This document shows, in pieces, positions 31,150-41,223 of a stretch of 64,000 nt of DNA. The stretch comes from a virus, in IMG/VR virus record IMGVR_UViG_3300031722_000008, positions 1-64,000 of that record; one strand, written 5' to 3'. The position numbers and the translations under genes are program-made. The first letter of the stretch is position 1, and every line of letters starts with the position of its first letter. The notes under the pieces were generated by a model. It ran no database searches and was not told where the DNA came from. It saw only the letters and a list, made by a program, of their open reading frames with translations.

Positions 31150-31656
31150 TTATTCAAATTCATATCCATATGAAGCAAGAACTTCCATAGCTGCATTAAC
31201 TTCTATACAAGCATCTGCATAACATTCTTCAGCAGCAGCAATTTTTTCGCTACCATCATCATATATCCCTGCTATTTGATTTGTAAATTGGATAGCTTCT
31301 TCACTTGATTCAGCAGCTTCTTTATCTAATCCATTTTCATCATAAAGACCAGCCTCTGCAAGAGTTTCGATACATGCTTGCTTTTGAATTGTTCCATCTT
31401 CATACATTTCTTGGCAAAGTGCTATTTTATTCATAGCATTTTCATAAACAGCAGCAGCTTTTTCTTCTTCTGATGCTTTAGATCCACCTTGTGCTTGTGC
31501 TTTAGCTTGAGCCTTTTTAGCCTCAATTATTTTTTTAATTTGTTCAGGTGTAAGTTTTTGACCTTCACCAGCAGTTTTTTCAACACCAAAATCCTCGACT
31601 ATTTCATTTGCTAATTTTTCTACCATTTCACTATATTGATTATTAGTTAATTTCAT
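31150..31656 (-). CDS. Acidic KxA-motif protein (scaffold or internal head-like)
   Basis: VEKLA, VEKTA, DKEA, EKIA; RBS AAGGAGG. Confidence 0.75.
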   Translation of the reverse strand: MKLTNNQYSEMVEKLANEIVEDFGVEKTAGEGQKLTPEQIKKIIEAKKAQAKAQAQGGSKASEEEKAAAVYENAMNKIALCQEMYEDGTIQKQACIETLAEAGLYDENGLDKEAAESSEEAIQFTNQIAGIYDDGSEKIAAAEECYADACIEVNAAMEVLASYGYEFE

Positions 31657-31701
31657 TTCATTTTCCTCCTTTAATCTAAAATCTAAATTAATTATATTCT
31701 A

Positions 31702-32433
31702 TTAAAAATTATTATTCAAGTCAGGGAAGTAATTCTGTTGATCTATTGGGTTACTTCTATCTCTGACCTTTTTTATTCCAAAGCCAGCAGCACCTAATCC
31801 CGCAACTGTTCCGAGCCTTGCATTAGTAGTACTTCTAGTAGCTTTGTCAAAAACTTTTTGTTGATCGCCAATTTTACTATTTAAATCAGTAATGCCAATT
31901 TTATCTTCCCAATTTTTCATATTAGCTTTGTTTTTATCAAGCTTAGAATTTAAGTCTGATGTTATATTTTGTTTAGCTTGATTCTTTCTCATATTTAATG
32001 AGTCGAGTTGCTTTTGAGCAGAAGAGACTTCTTTAGTTGCCGCCCTACCTTCGCTATCAAATAAATTTTTTACAAAGCCTTGTTTTTGAGTTCTATCTAA
32101 AATAGTTTTGTTTTTGATTTTTAAGCCATCAACATTCTTCTCTGCATCACCTATTTTTTTATTCAAATTAGGCAAATATTTATCTGTATCATTCAACTTG
32201 CTATTAATCTTATCCATGTTATTTTTTATTGAATTGTATTCTGGACTACTATTCTTAAAATTATTGCCAAGAGATACCATATCATCTAATTTATTTTTGG
32301 ATTCTTTCTTAGCTATTCCAGTAACATTAGATAGATACTTATTTTTCTTAACTAGCTTTGTTAGATTCTCAATAGAGTCATCTAATATTCCAGCAGTTTT
32401 TTCAGGTTCACTTGGCTTTATTGAAAAAAATTT
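31702..32433 (-). CDS. Coiled-coil protein with C-terminal hydrophobic segment, probably made by -1 frameshift from the upstream gene
   Basis: Frame is open from the A-AAU-UUU site; no SD before the ATG at 32280; the extension encodes PEKTAG. Confidence 0.7.
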   Translation of the reverse strand, partial: KFFSIKPSEPEKTAGILDDSIENLTKLVKKNKYLSNVTGIAKKESKNKLDDMVSLGNNFKNSSPEYNSIKNNMDKINSKLNDTDKYLPNLNKKIGDAEKNVDGLKIKNKTILDRTQKQGFVKNLFDSEGRAATKEVSSAQKQLDSLNMRKNQAKQNITSDLNSKLDKNKANMKNWEDKIGITDLNSKIGDQQKVFDKATRSTTNARLGTVAGLGAAGFGIKKVRDRSNPIDQQNYFPDLNNNF

Positions 32434-33506
32434 TCTGGATCTAAAACCTCATCTGTAACTCCACAAGAAGCGCATTTTTCTCTTATTTTAATATATTCAT
32501 CATTTTTTTCAGAAAGAGTATTTACACATTGTTTAAAGTCACTAGCTAATTTAACAATATCATCAATACTTCTTAACGACTTATTTGTAGATAAAAGAAT
32601 ATTTGGTATTTCAGTATCACAAACAACACTTGCAATTTTGCTTAATGAATATTTACCTAGTGTAAATTTTTCACTAGCTTTTTTCTCAACATCAATATTG
32701 TTTAGCTCAACCGAGAAATTATCATGTAGTGCCTTTCTTTCTTTGTACATAGCTATTCTTTCTTCGGTAGCTTCCTTAATTAAGCCTATTTCTCTCTCAT
32801 TTAAATTAGCTGATTTTACTATTGCGGACATAACTTCATTAACATCTGAGCCTAATTTTTCAAGGCTTATAAAAGTATCTCCTAATTCATTACAATAATG
32901 CATAACTTCTTTTGAGATTTTATTAAGTTCATCTTCTTTTCTATCTAGCGTTTCTGCTATTTTTTTTAAGAAGAAATCTCCTCTTGAATATTTCATATTA
33001 ACAGACAAATCACCGAAGCTATGATCAAGATTACCGTTAAATAAATCATAGTGTTCATCACTTGCGATTTTTTCCATATATTCATCATCGATTTTATTTT
33101 GCTCGAAAGCAACTTTTTCTGATTTTTTAGGTTCATCTGTAGGCTCTGTCTTATCGGAATCAGAAGATGAACTTTCACCTCTCATACATTTCTTTACACC
33201 ATCGATTGATGCTATATTAAATTCAACTTCTCTATCTGCACCAACTAACTTCTTGTATTTTATTAGGTATACTTGATTATTAACTTCTTCAACAATTCTA
33301 TGAATCTGATCATCATTCATGTTTTCTCTTTTAGCAATCTTTGCTATTGCTTGATTTAAGTCAATATTGAATTTTAGAAATTCGGAAATAACCACATCTC
33401 TATATTCTAATATTTTTCTTGAAAAATCAGTAGATAAATCTCTCTTGTTTTGTAGATCATAACTTCCATCTGACAATGCTTGTAATAATGTTGACATTTT
33501 TATCAC
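32418..33506 (-). CDS. KxA-motif putative virion/head protein
   Basis: EKVA, EKIA, KKIA, EKKA, SKIA, VKLA, EKCA; directly after the terminase. Confidence 0.75.
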   Translation of the reverse strand: MIKMSTLLQALSDGSYDLQNKRDLSTDFSRKILEYRDVVISEFLKFNIDLNQAIAKIAKRENMNDDQIHRIVEEVNNQVYLIKYKKLVGADREVEFNIASIDGVKKCMRGESSSSDSDKTEPTDEPKKSEKVAFEQNKIDDEYMEKIASDEHYDLFNGNLDHSFGDLSVNMKYSRGDFFLKKIAETLDRKEDELNKISKEVMHYCNELGDTFISLEKLGSDVNEVMSAIVKSANLNEREIGLIKEATEERIAMYKERKALHDNFSVELNNIDVEKKASEKFTLGKYSLSKIASVVCDTEIPNILLSTNKSLRSIDDIVKLASDFKQCVNTLSEKNDEYIKIREKCASCGVTDEVLDPENFFQ

Positions 33507-33521
33507 TTCTTTCTTATTTAT

Positions 33522-35153
33522 TTACCATCCACCACGTTCACTTTCATCAACGCCGCTAAATGCTATTGCTCCACTTCCTGTTTCTCTGAATATCTCTTCG
33601 GCCAATTTAGCATATACGCATGAATGAAGAGCATCATCTGGTTGACCTTCAGGATGAGTATACATCAAATCTTCTGATCGACCAGTTTTTTCAGATTTTC
33701 TATATTCAGCTTGTTCAGATAAATGATGGTCATATAACCAAGGAAACTCTGATTTATCTGCTCCTGGCCATAATATATCTTCTTTCTGAATCGAAGTAAC
33801 ATACTCTTGCATTACTTGAGTCCTGTTAACAATCCATCTTGCTTGATCCAAATCATATTTCTTTCTTAACTTTTGATTAAAAGAATAGTAACAAGCAACA
33901 ACCCTACTTACCCCAAATATATTTTGTAATTTTTTATATCTATCATAACCAAATCCCCAATCCACAACAGCCAAGCAGACGTTGTAGTTTTGCATCATAT
34001 AGCAAATATCGTTTATTTGATAGTCGGGGTCTAATTCTTCTCCGACAGCATATCTTTTTATAAATAATAATTGGAATTTACCATTACTGTTTCTTGCATA
34101 TATACTCACTACAGTATATGATTTTTCTCCAGTTCCCCAATCCACTCCCATATACACAGGAACATTTGCAAATTCTCCTTCACATCGATTAAACATTCTT
34201 TGATTGTTTGCACTGATTCTACCCAACATAACAGGGGTAAATGGCTTCGAAGCATTCTCATAACTTCTTCCAAGAACTTCGTTATGAAACTTATCTAACG
34301 AATAGTTATCTGCATACTTTGACCAAATATCCTCGGCAGTTATCCAAGGAACCATTAATTGAGATATTCTAAAACCTTTTAATTTTTTCTCTGGTGCAAG
34401 TGGCAACCAAAATCCATTAACAATGCTCATTTTTGGTAATTCCATCTCGCACTTTCTACATACAAATTGTTTCGGTCTTAGATTCTTAATTCCCATTATT
34501 TGGTACTTACCACAATGAGGGCATTTTACTACCCATTCATTTTGTGATGATTGGTCCCATTTTTGCTGAATTGTATTGGAGAATGTTTTAGGTGTTCCTG
34601 TATACCAAGTAACTCTCATTCTTGCTCCAGCTTCAAGTGCATGAGATTGACATTCCTTTATTACTGGTAATGCATCAATGTGGATATCTTGTATTTCATC
34701 TCCCCATATTCCATTAACAGTAATACCTCTTATATTATCCCCAAGTCCATAGCAATGCTTTAAGTATACAGTAGAATTAGTCTTTTTTATTGTTTTCATG
34801 AATACAGCTTGTGAATCATGCTTATCTATATAGTCTTTTTTGATAACATCTTGATTGCTGTATTCATACAATTTCCCTAATCTTTCATTTGAGAATTCCT
34901 TAACTTGTGATGTTAAGGGTGCGAAATATAAACCCTTAAAGTTTTCAAGAAGCAACGTATGGTTAGCCATATGAGTGGAATTAGTAGTAGATTTCTCAAC
35001 TTGTCTTCCACTCATAATAAGTCCTTCTTCTATCTGACCATTATATATAGGATCTAGATAATGCCTGTCACTTAATCTAAATGGTTTCCCATCTAATCGA
35101 TATATGGATTCGGCAAACGTAGAAGGCAGTACTTGTTTGATTTGTTTTTCCAT
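33522..35153 (-). CDS. terL: Terminase large subunit (lambda GpA-like)
   Basis: GRQVEKST Walker A variant, DEIQD Walker B, TGTPK, CPHC/CRKC, nuclease GVDWG and PDDALH. Confidence 0.9.
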   Translation of the reverse strand: MEKQIKQVLPSTFAESIYRLDGKPFRLSDRHYLDPIYNGQIEEGLIMSGRQVEKSTTNSTHMANHTLLLENFKGLYFAPLTSQVKEFSNERLGKLYEYSNQDVIKKDYIDKHDSQAVFMKTIKKTNSTVYLKHCYGLGDNIRGITVNGIWGDEIQDIHIDALPVIKECQSHALEAGARMRVTWYTGTPKTFSNTIQQKWDQSSQNEWVVKCPHCGKYQIMGIKNLRPKQFVCRKCEMELPKMSIVNGFWLPLAPEKKLKGFRISQLMVPWITAEDIWSKYADNYSLDKFHNEVLGRSYENASKPFTPVMLGRISANNQRMFNRCEGEFANVPVYMGVDWGTGEKSYTVVSIYARNSNGKFQLLFIKRYAVGEELDPDYQINDICYMMQNYNVCLAVVDWGFGYDRYKKLQNIFGVSRVVACYYSFNQKLRKKYDLDQARWIVNRTQVMQEYVTSIQKEDILWPGADKSEFPWLYDHHLSEQAEYRKSEKTGRSEDLMYTHPEGQPDDALHSCVYAKLAEEIFRETGSGAIAFSGVDESERGGW

Positions 35154-35162
35154 AGAATCACC

Positions 35163-36017
35163 CTACTCTTGCTGTTCTTGTTGTTTTTTTAATCTATGCT
35201 TCTTGAAATTTACTATATTTTCAGGAGTGGCAAAATAAGTAGGTAATGCTGCAACTTCTTGTGCGGCTGCCATAGGAGCTAATGCTGCTCCAACTTTAAG
35301 TGCGCGCTTTGCAACTCTAACTGAATTATCTCCCATTTTTTTACTTACCATTTTTTGGAATTCAGGATTACTTGCCGCATCTACTGTAGTTGCTTTATTT
35401 GATAGGTCTTTAAAATCTCTAGCAAATATCTTTCCACTGGCACCAACTCTTCCCAATGATTGTTCTAGGTTTTTACCTATTTCACCACGAATAGCCTTAC
35501 CTTTCTTTAATCCGTATAAACCTCCCCATAATGCTGCAACTGGTGCTGTGCTTGCGCCTATAGTTGCGGCGATACTTTTAGCATCAGGAGCTGTTCCAAA
35601 TTCTTCTTTGTGTTTTTTATATAATTGATAAGTAGGAATTGTTGCTCCTCCTGCGATATCACCAATTGCCATGCCTGCCATGCCACCATGAACCAAAGCT
35701 TTATTGAATGGCATCTTGCCTTTTTTCATAGCGAGAGCAGTACCAGCTATACCTCCAATTTTCATTGCAGTATCTTGTGCTTCGCCATTAACCATCCCTG
35801 TTGCAATACTCTTGCCTACTGTCTTTACACCACTTTTTATCTTAGCTTTACCTTCATCATTACTTAAAGCGTATGCGCTACCTAATGCTCCTGCACCTAC
35901 ACCTGTTCCTATTCCAACTTTTTTAATTAAACCTTTATTTTTGTTGAACATTTTAATTGCTTTTTCTTTTATGCTTGCAGTCTTTTCTATAGATTCAATA
36001 TAATATTCCTTATTCAT
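35163..36017 (-). CDS. EKxA-tagged glycine-zipper membrane-like protein
   Basis: MNKEYYIESIEKTA followed by several GxxxG hydrophobic segments. Confidence 0.75.
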   Translation of the reverse strand: MNKEYYIESIEKTASIKEKAIKMFNKNKGLIKKVGIGTGVGAGALGSAYALSNDEGKAKIKSGVKTVGKSIATGMVNGEAQDTAMKIGGIAGTALAMKKGKMPFNKALVHGGMAGMAIGDIAGGATIPTYQLYKKHKEEFGTAPDAKSIAATIGASTAPVAALWGGLYGLKKGKAIRGEIGKNLEQSLGRVGASGKIFARDFKDLSNKATTVDAASNPEFQKMVSKKMGDNSVRVAKRALKVGAALAPMAAAQEVAALPTYFATPENIVNFKKHRLKKQQEQQE

Positions 36018-36121
36018 AACAATTATCACCTCCATCAAATTTATTATATATCAATCAATAGATTGTAACAACTTATTGATGAAAGGCTAATAATTGTGTA
36101 TGATTAATTTGAGGTGATAAT

Positions 36122-36757
36122 ATGGATAAAAATAATAACAAAGAAAATGAATTAAATATCGTAAAGTTTGAGGATAACGAAAATCCAATAGACAAAATAT
36201 CAGAATTAATTAAACAATGTTTTGATAGTCTTAAAGGACAAGACTTACTAATAACAAATAGGAGAATTAGTGGTGATTATTTTTCTACATTCGCTGACTC
36301 ATTATATGCGTATGAGAAAGGTATAGTTTTATTGGAGCGTTTCTTTAAAAAAGATAAATGTAAATGGATTGGACAGGAGTATAAGGAGTTTTCAGAAAAG
36401 GATAAAGAACTCTTAAAGGAGTTTGAAGAATTTGCTCATAATATCCCAACTTCTATTGATACAACTCAAGAGGAGAGAACTAAGTATTCTGACAAACTAG
36501 AGGGATATCAAGGAAGAATTAAGAATATAGCTCCCAAGATTGGTATAATTAATGATTATATGTATGATGATATAAGACTGATATTATTAGATGATGTTGA
36601 AGATGAGGGCTTAAAAAATTTAAGTAATTCATATAGTTCTTTCGGAATAGCAATGTTAACAACTCTTACATGGGGAAATATTAATGGATTATCTTTCGGA
36701 ATAACAACTATTAATTATGATGATTATGTGGATTTAATCTTAATACCAATAAAATAA
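36122..36757 (+). CDS. Hypothetical protein
   Basis: GAGGTG RBS; 211 aa. Confidence 0.75.
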   Translation: MDKNNNKENELNIVKFEDNENPIDKISELIKQCFDSLKGQDLLITNRRISGDYFSTFADSLYAYEKGIVLLERFFKKDKCKWIGQEYKEFSEKDKELLKEFEEFAHNIPTSIDTTQEERTKYSDKLEGYQGRIKNIAPKIGIINDYMYDDIRLILLDDVEDEGLKNLSNSYSSFGIAMLTTLTWGNINGLSFGITTINYDDYVDLILIPIK

Positions 36758-36788
36758 AAGTGTGGCTCCAAGAGCCACACTTTTATTT
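36755..36788. terminator. Bidirectional terminator
   Basis: aaaagtgtggctc-caa-gagccacactttt. Confidence 0.85.
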
Positions 36789-38044
36789 TATCTTTCCTCG
36801 TCTTCATTGAAGTTTAATGCTATTTCATCTAAACCTTCAATTTCATCTAACTTTACATTGCCGTAATTTTCATCACCAGTTTGTTCAGCAACTCTTCTCT
36901 TATTTTCTTCAATAAGCTCTTCTTCTCTTTTTCCATATAATTGAAGAACCACTTCTTGAGAGTGTTTATCATTATTTCCACTTCTTCCCGACATAGCTCT
37001 GATTTCTTCCACCTTATCATGAGCGAAAGACATCATTTTAGCGGTTTTAAATAATGGGTCAACTACATCTCTATCCTTATCAGCATCCAATGAAACGAAT
37101 CGCTTGTATGCTTTACCTACAACATCAGCAAACATATCTTCGAAGCTTGCCTCATTCATTTCTGCTATATTAACTGCAGCATTTGTATACATCATATTCA
37201 AACCTTTTATGTTGTCTGATAATTCAGATACTCTTTTTTCGGTTTGATCGATAAGACTAACCCTGTCTCCCATACTTAATTCTTCGTAATCACCAATGCC
37301 ATCTTCCACATCTTTAAGTAATGTGTTCAAGGAATTTTTTTCAGTAACAAGAGAGTTTATTTTATCCTCGATTGTTTGAGTCTGTATATTAAAAAACATT
37401 GATTTATATAATTGGATATCCTGATCATAAACACTAAATTTTAATTGTTCTCTACAATATCTAGTTATTCTATCTGTAGGAACATTTTCCAATAAGAATT
37501 TATCTATTAGGTATCTTTTCTCAAATAACAATATTTTTTCAACAGCACCTTTTCCTCTAGTCGATGTTGATGATGTAAGTAATCTATTTCCTTTTTCATC
37601 AACAGGTAAATTAACTGCACTGCCATGGAATCTGTATATTTCTTGGCACCACATCTCATCTATATCTAGTGATTTTATTAATTTACAAAATTTAACTTGA
37701 CCATCTAAATCATCTCCTAAATCCAGTCTATAATTCAGGAGTTCTTTAGTATATGCACCTCTCTTTGATTTTGCTCTAAGAAGTTTATTTTTATAATCTG
37801 CATAAATATTCGCAAGTCCGAAATGTTTTATCAATGGATCCATAACAGCTAAATAATATAGTGTCAATGGTTTTTCGTGAGGTGCTGATAGTCCCAATTT
37901 TTGTAATTCTTTCTTTATAACTATTGGAGAATACCTTTTACTTAAAAGATATCTGATGTACTTAATGTGAGGCTTCTTCTCTATTCCTTCAATGGTTTGC
38001 CTATATTTAGGATCTAGTTTTTCAAAATCTATTTTTATACCCAC
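36788..38044 (-). CDS. Hypothetical coiled-coil protein (possible terminase small subunit)
   Basis: 418 aa, helical, acidic C-terminus, near terL; function is speculative. Confidence 0.6.
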   Translation of the reverse strand: MGIKIDFEKLDPKYRQTIEGIEKKPHIKYIRYLLSKRYSPIVIKKELQKLGLSAPHEKPLTLYYLAVMDPLIKHFGLANIYADYKNKLLRAKSKRGAYTKELLNYRLDLGDDLDGQVKFCKLIKSLDIDEMWCQEIYRFHGSAVNLPVDEKGNRLLTSSTSTRGKGAVEKILLFEKRYLIDKFLLENVPTDRITRYCREQLKFSVYDQDIQLYKSMFFNIQTQTIEDKINSLVTEKNSLNTLLKDVEDGIGDYEELSMGDRVSLIDQTEKRVSELSDNIKGLNMMYTNAAVNIAEMNEASFEDMFADVVGKAYKRFVSLDADKDRDVVDPLFKTAKMMSFAHDKVEEIRAMSGRSGNNDKHSQEVVLQLYGKREEELIEENKRRVAEQTGDENYGNVKLDEIEGLDEIALNFNEDEER

Positions 38045-38104
38045 GTTATTCCCTCCGTTTCTATTTCATTATAAATGCAAAGATAATTTTTGTAAAACAA
38101 GGCT

Positions 38105-39721
38105 CTAACTACTAAACTTATTTTTTATCTTTTGAATTAAACTTTCTTTTGGTCTCATTTTACGGTTATTTTCATCAAGTAAATTATATAGTAGTTGATT
38201 TTGTTTAGCCTTATTATCAGCTATTTCATAAATAACTTCATCAGGAGTCCTATATGGAGATTTAAATAAACCTAACGTTTTTGGCATAGTAGATAGATAC
38301 CTATTTACTTCGACCTTTCGTTCGCCCTCCGCCCGTTTCGATTGACCGAACGCTCTTATTCCTCTGGCTTCCATTTGCTTCATTCTTTCTGGATTATAGT
38401 GACCATCTAAGGCACCTTCCCATGTAGTATCTCCAAGAGATAATCCTTCTGCTCCTGCCCCACTTATAAGCATTACTCTTTTCTTTCTAGCATTATAATC
38501 ATTAACATCATTCTGTCTAGTTTCTTCTGTAACTCCTTTATTACCCTTACCTATAAACTTTCCATAACTTATTCCTCTATCCTTAAGTCCTGCTTCTAAT
38601 ACATCAGCTCCACCATTAATCATATTAGTTAGTAGTATTGCTTGACCATCAGGAGTTGTCTTTAAATGTTCTTGCATATCACTAAGCATCTTATCTGTTT
38701 TTGGTGATAGCCTTGAACTTTCTTTTAGTGATATTCCAGGAACTACTGAACCAACACTATTAACTAATTTTCTTGCTTCTATCATACGATTAAATGCTTT
38801 TGATATTTCATCATCTTTTAGGGTTTCTAATCTTTTTTGTTTTATTATTTCTCTTAGTTTAGGGTCATTCTTAATTAATTGCTTATAATATTTAGCTTGC
38901 TCTTTAGATAATGGAACTTTTTCGGTATGAGTTTCTTTAAGTGGAATCTTGGCCATAGGTCTAACATCATCAACGCTAGCATAGTCAACATATTTAGCTA
39001 AGTCACCTTGCAATCTTTTCTTATTGTTAAAACCAGTAACAGGAACTCTATTCTCCTTAAGTCCTTTATATTTAGGTGAAGTACTTCTCTTTAGATAATT
39101 CTTATCAAAATCTTTCGAAGTAGCACCTAGATGATGTTCGCCTTGTGAAGCTAAATCAACTAAATTGTACATATCAGGAATATGATTATTTACTATAGAG
39201 CCTGTTAATCCTATAAAATTCTTGTATTTATCTCTAGTGCTTTTGAAACTATCTAATGTCGCAGTATCATTATTTCTAAGCTTATGCATTTCATCAGCTA
39301 TGACTGTGTCAGCACCAGTATCCCTTAAGATAGCTTCAGGATTTTTCCTGAACATTTCATATGAAATTATATTATAGTCAGAATCTTTATTGGGTGCATG
39401 ACCTGTTCCTTTTGATATCTCACCCATATTACCCACAATATTATATTTACTGTCCGTAAATTTTTTTACACCATCATTTCCAAAATTATGTCTTAAACTT
39501 GCTGGAGTAACTACGAGTGCTTTGTTCGCTAAGCCTTTTTCTTTCATCTTTTCGAACTTAGCTATCGATGATAATGTTTTACCACTTCCAACATCGTGCG
39601 CAACAATCATACTGTTTGATGGATTATCAACTACACGTTTTTGAAACGGATTAAATTCTATATCATCATGAAGTTTTGCTTGTTTCTCTATTTGCTCTTT
39701 ATATTTATCTCTTTTCATCAC
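38105..39721 (-). CDS. SNF2-family (SF2) helicase/translocase with N-terminal EKQA tag
   Basis: HDVGSGKT, TPASL, ISYE, DEMH, LTGS, GAEGLSL, QMEARGIR; starts DKYKEQIEKQA. Confidence 0.88.
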   Translation of the reverse strand: MMKRDKYKEQIEKQAKLHDDIEFNPFQKRVVDNPSNSMIVAHDVGSGKTLSSIAKFEKMKEKGLANKALVVTPASLRHNFGNDGVKKFTDSKYNIVGNMGEISKGTGHAPNKDSDYNIISYEMFRKNPEAILRDTGADTVIADEMHKLRNNDTATLDSFKSTRDKYKNFIGLTGSIVNNHIPDMYNLVDLASQGEHHLGATSKDFDKNYLKRSTSPKYKGLKENRVPVTGFNNKKRLQGDLAKYVDYASVDDVRPMAKIPLKETHTEKVPLSKEQAKYYKQLIKNDPKLREIIKQKRLETLKDDEISKAFNRMIEARKLVNSVGSVVPGISLKESSRLSPKTDKMLSDMQEHLKTTPDGQAILLTNMINGGADVLEAGLKDRGISYGKFIGKGNKGVTEETRQNDVNDYNARKKRVMLISGAGAEGLSLGDTTWEGALDGHYNPERMKQMEARGIRAFGQSKRAEGERKVEVNRYLSTMPKTLGLFKSPYRTPDEVIYEIADNKAKQNQLLYNLLDENNRKMRPKESLIQKIKNKFSS

Positions 39722-40544
39722 TATGCCTCCTAAACTTACTTAATCCATAAGCTCCAAGTCCAATACCAGCTGTCCCGATTCCAATTCCAAGTGCAAGCTT
39801 TTTATTTATTCTTGATTTAGGTATATTTCTTATTTTATCTTTATATTTCTCTTTGTTTTTATAGCAATGATCAATTATTATTTTGTCATTATCTCTAGCT
39901 AGATAAGCTTGAAACGGTTTTTTCTGAACATAATCCATTCTTGATATTTCTAAGTCCTTTTTAAATTGATTACTCATATCCTTATTGACAGATATTTTTT
40001 TGCCATAATTTTTCAAACCATCATTTTTAGGATCTAATAGGCTTCTTGATAATTTCAATTTTTTAGGGAAAGATTTATTCTCGTAATATGGAGAGAATGC
40101 TCCCTCATTCATCATTTGAGCATCAAAACCATGAGTTCCCTTTACTATAGCATTTCTCTTCGAAACAGCATTATAGAGTTCTTTATCTCCCTTGCTTAAT
40201 TTTTTTACTCCTGAAAACTTATCAAATACATTTAACATTGCTTTCTCGGATTTACTCATGTTTGAGTTCTTGATATCAAAATCAGCAAGTGATTTTGGTG
40301 ATACTATATTTGTCTTACCACCCTTAGAATTTATTTGCTGAAATTCTTTATCATCCACAATATCATTCATATCCCATTTTTCTATTAAATTTTTATTCCC
40401 TAGTTCCACACCCTTTGCAATTTCGGAATTACTCTTTCCTACAGTTTTAATTAATTTATTTCGATTTTTATTTGATAACTCATGATATTTCTCTTTCCAT
40501 TTTGTTGCAGCTTGCTTTTCTATTTGCTCTTTATATCGATTCAA
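39705..40544 (-). CDS. EKQA-tagged basic protein with C-terminal transmembrane segment
   Basis: MNRYKEQIEKQA...LALGIGIGTAGIGLGAYGL. Confidence 0.75.
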   Translation of the reverse strand: MNRYKEQIEKQAATKWKEKYHELSNKNRNKLIKTVGKSNSEIAKGVELGNKNLIEKWDMNDIVDDKEFQQINSKGGKTNIVSPKSLADFDIKNSNMSKSEKAMLNVFDKFSGVKKLSKGDKELYNAVSKRNAIVKGTHGFDAQMMNEGAFSPYYENKSFPKKLKLSRSLLDPKNDGLKNYGKKISVNKDMSNQFKKDLEISRMDYVQKKPFQAYLARDNDKIIIDHCYKNKEKYKDKIRNIPKSRINKKLALGIGIGTAGIGLGAYGLSKFRRHSDEKR

Positions 40545-40616
40545 TTCAACTCACTCCTCTCTATCTAACACTAATTCTATCACACATATTTTTTAAATTA
40601 AATAAATGATATATTG

Positions 40617-40631
40617 GTATAAGATATTAAA
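40617..40631 (+). promoter_or_regulatory. GTATAAGATATTAAA motif
   Basis: Exact copy upstream of ORF 40660. Confidence 0.8.
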
Positions 40632-40659
40632 GGAATAAAATAGAAAAGGAGAGATAAAT

Positions 40660-41193
40660 ATGGAAAAAATATTAAAAAATAAAAGTAACGTAATAGCAAT
40701 AATAGTGGCAATTTTTATAGTAGGTAGTGTAATGGGGATGAACATAGGAATAAGATATGAACAAACAATTAATACTCAAAGAGCAGCAGATGTAATTAAT
40801 GTGAATATACAAAAACAAATGAAAGAGAAAGAATATTTTGATATAGAGTTTAATAAAATAAAAAATGGATTCGTAGAATCAACAGGAGAATTATATAAAG
40901 AAACTAAGGACAAAACAGGATTTAATTTTGACAAGGATTCGAAACAAAGAATGGCAAATGCATTAGTTAAATTAGGAAACATAACAAAAGAAAGCAGTAA
41001 TTTGAAAGTACCAACAGATTTAGATAATATACAAATATATTCAGATATAAAGGATATAAGTAAATATATAGATAGATTTAGTATTAGATTTATTGATGGA
41101 GTTGATAATAAAAGCAAAGATAGTTTAGATCAAGCAGCAGAAGAAATAAAAAATATAAACAAAATAATTGATAATAACAAATTAAAACAATAA
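40660..41193 (+). CDS. Membrane-anchored protein
   Basis: N-terminal TM VIAIIVAIFIVGSVMGM; purine-rich. Confidence 0.8.
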   Translation: MEKILKNKSNVIAIIVAIFIVGSVMGMNIGIRYEQTINTQRAADVINVNIQKQMKEKEYFDIEFNKIKNGFVESTGELYKETKDKTGFNFDKDSKQRMANALVKLGNITKESSNLKVPTDLDNIQIYSDIKDISKYIDRFSIRFIDGVDNKSKDSLDQAAEEIKNINKIIDNNKLKQ

Positions 41194-41194
41194 A

Positions 41195-41223
41195 AATAAA
41201 GTGGCGAAAGCCACTTTATTTTC
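41195..41223. terminator. Bidirectional terminator
   Basis: aataaagtggc-gaaa-gccactttatt. Confidence 0.85.

Noticed and set aside
36788-38044. Firm call as terminase small subunit
   Set aside because: Only position and helical character support it; no diagnostic motif
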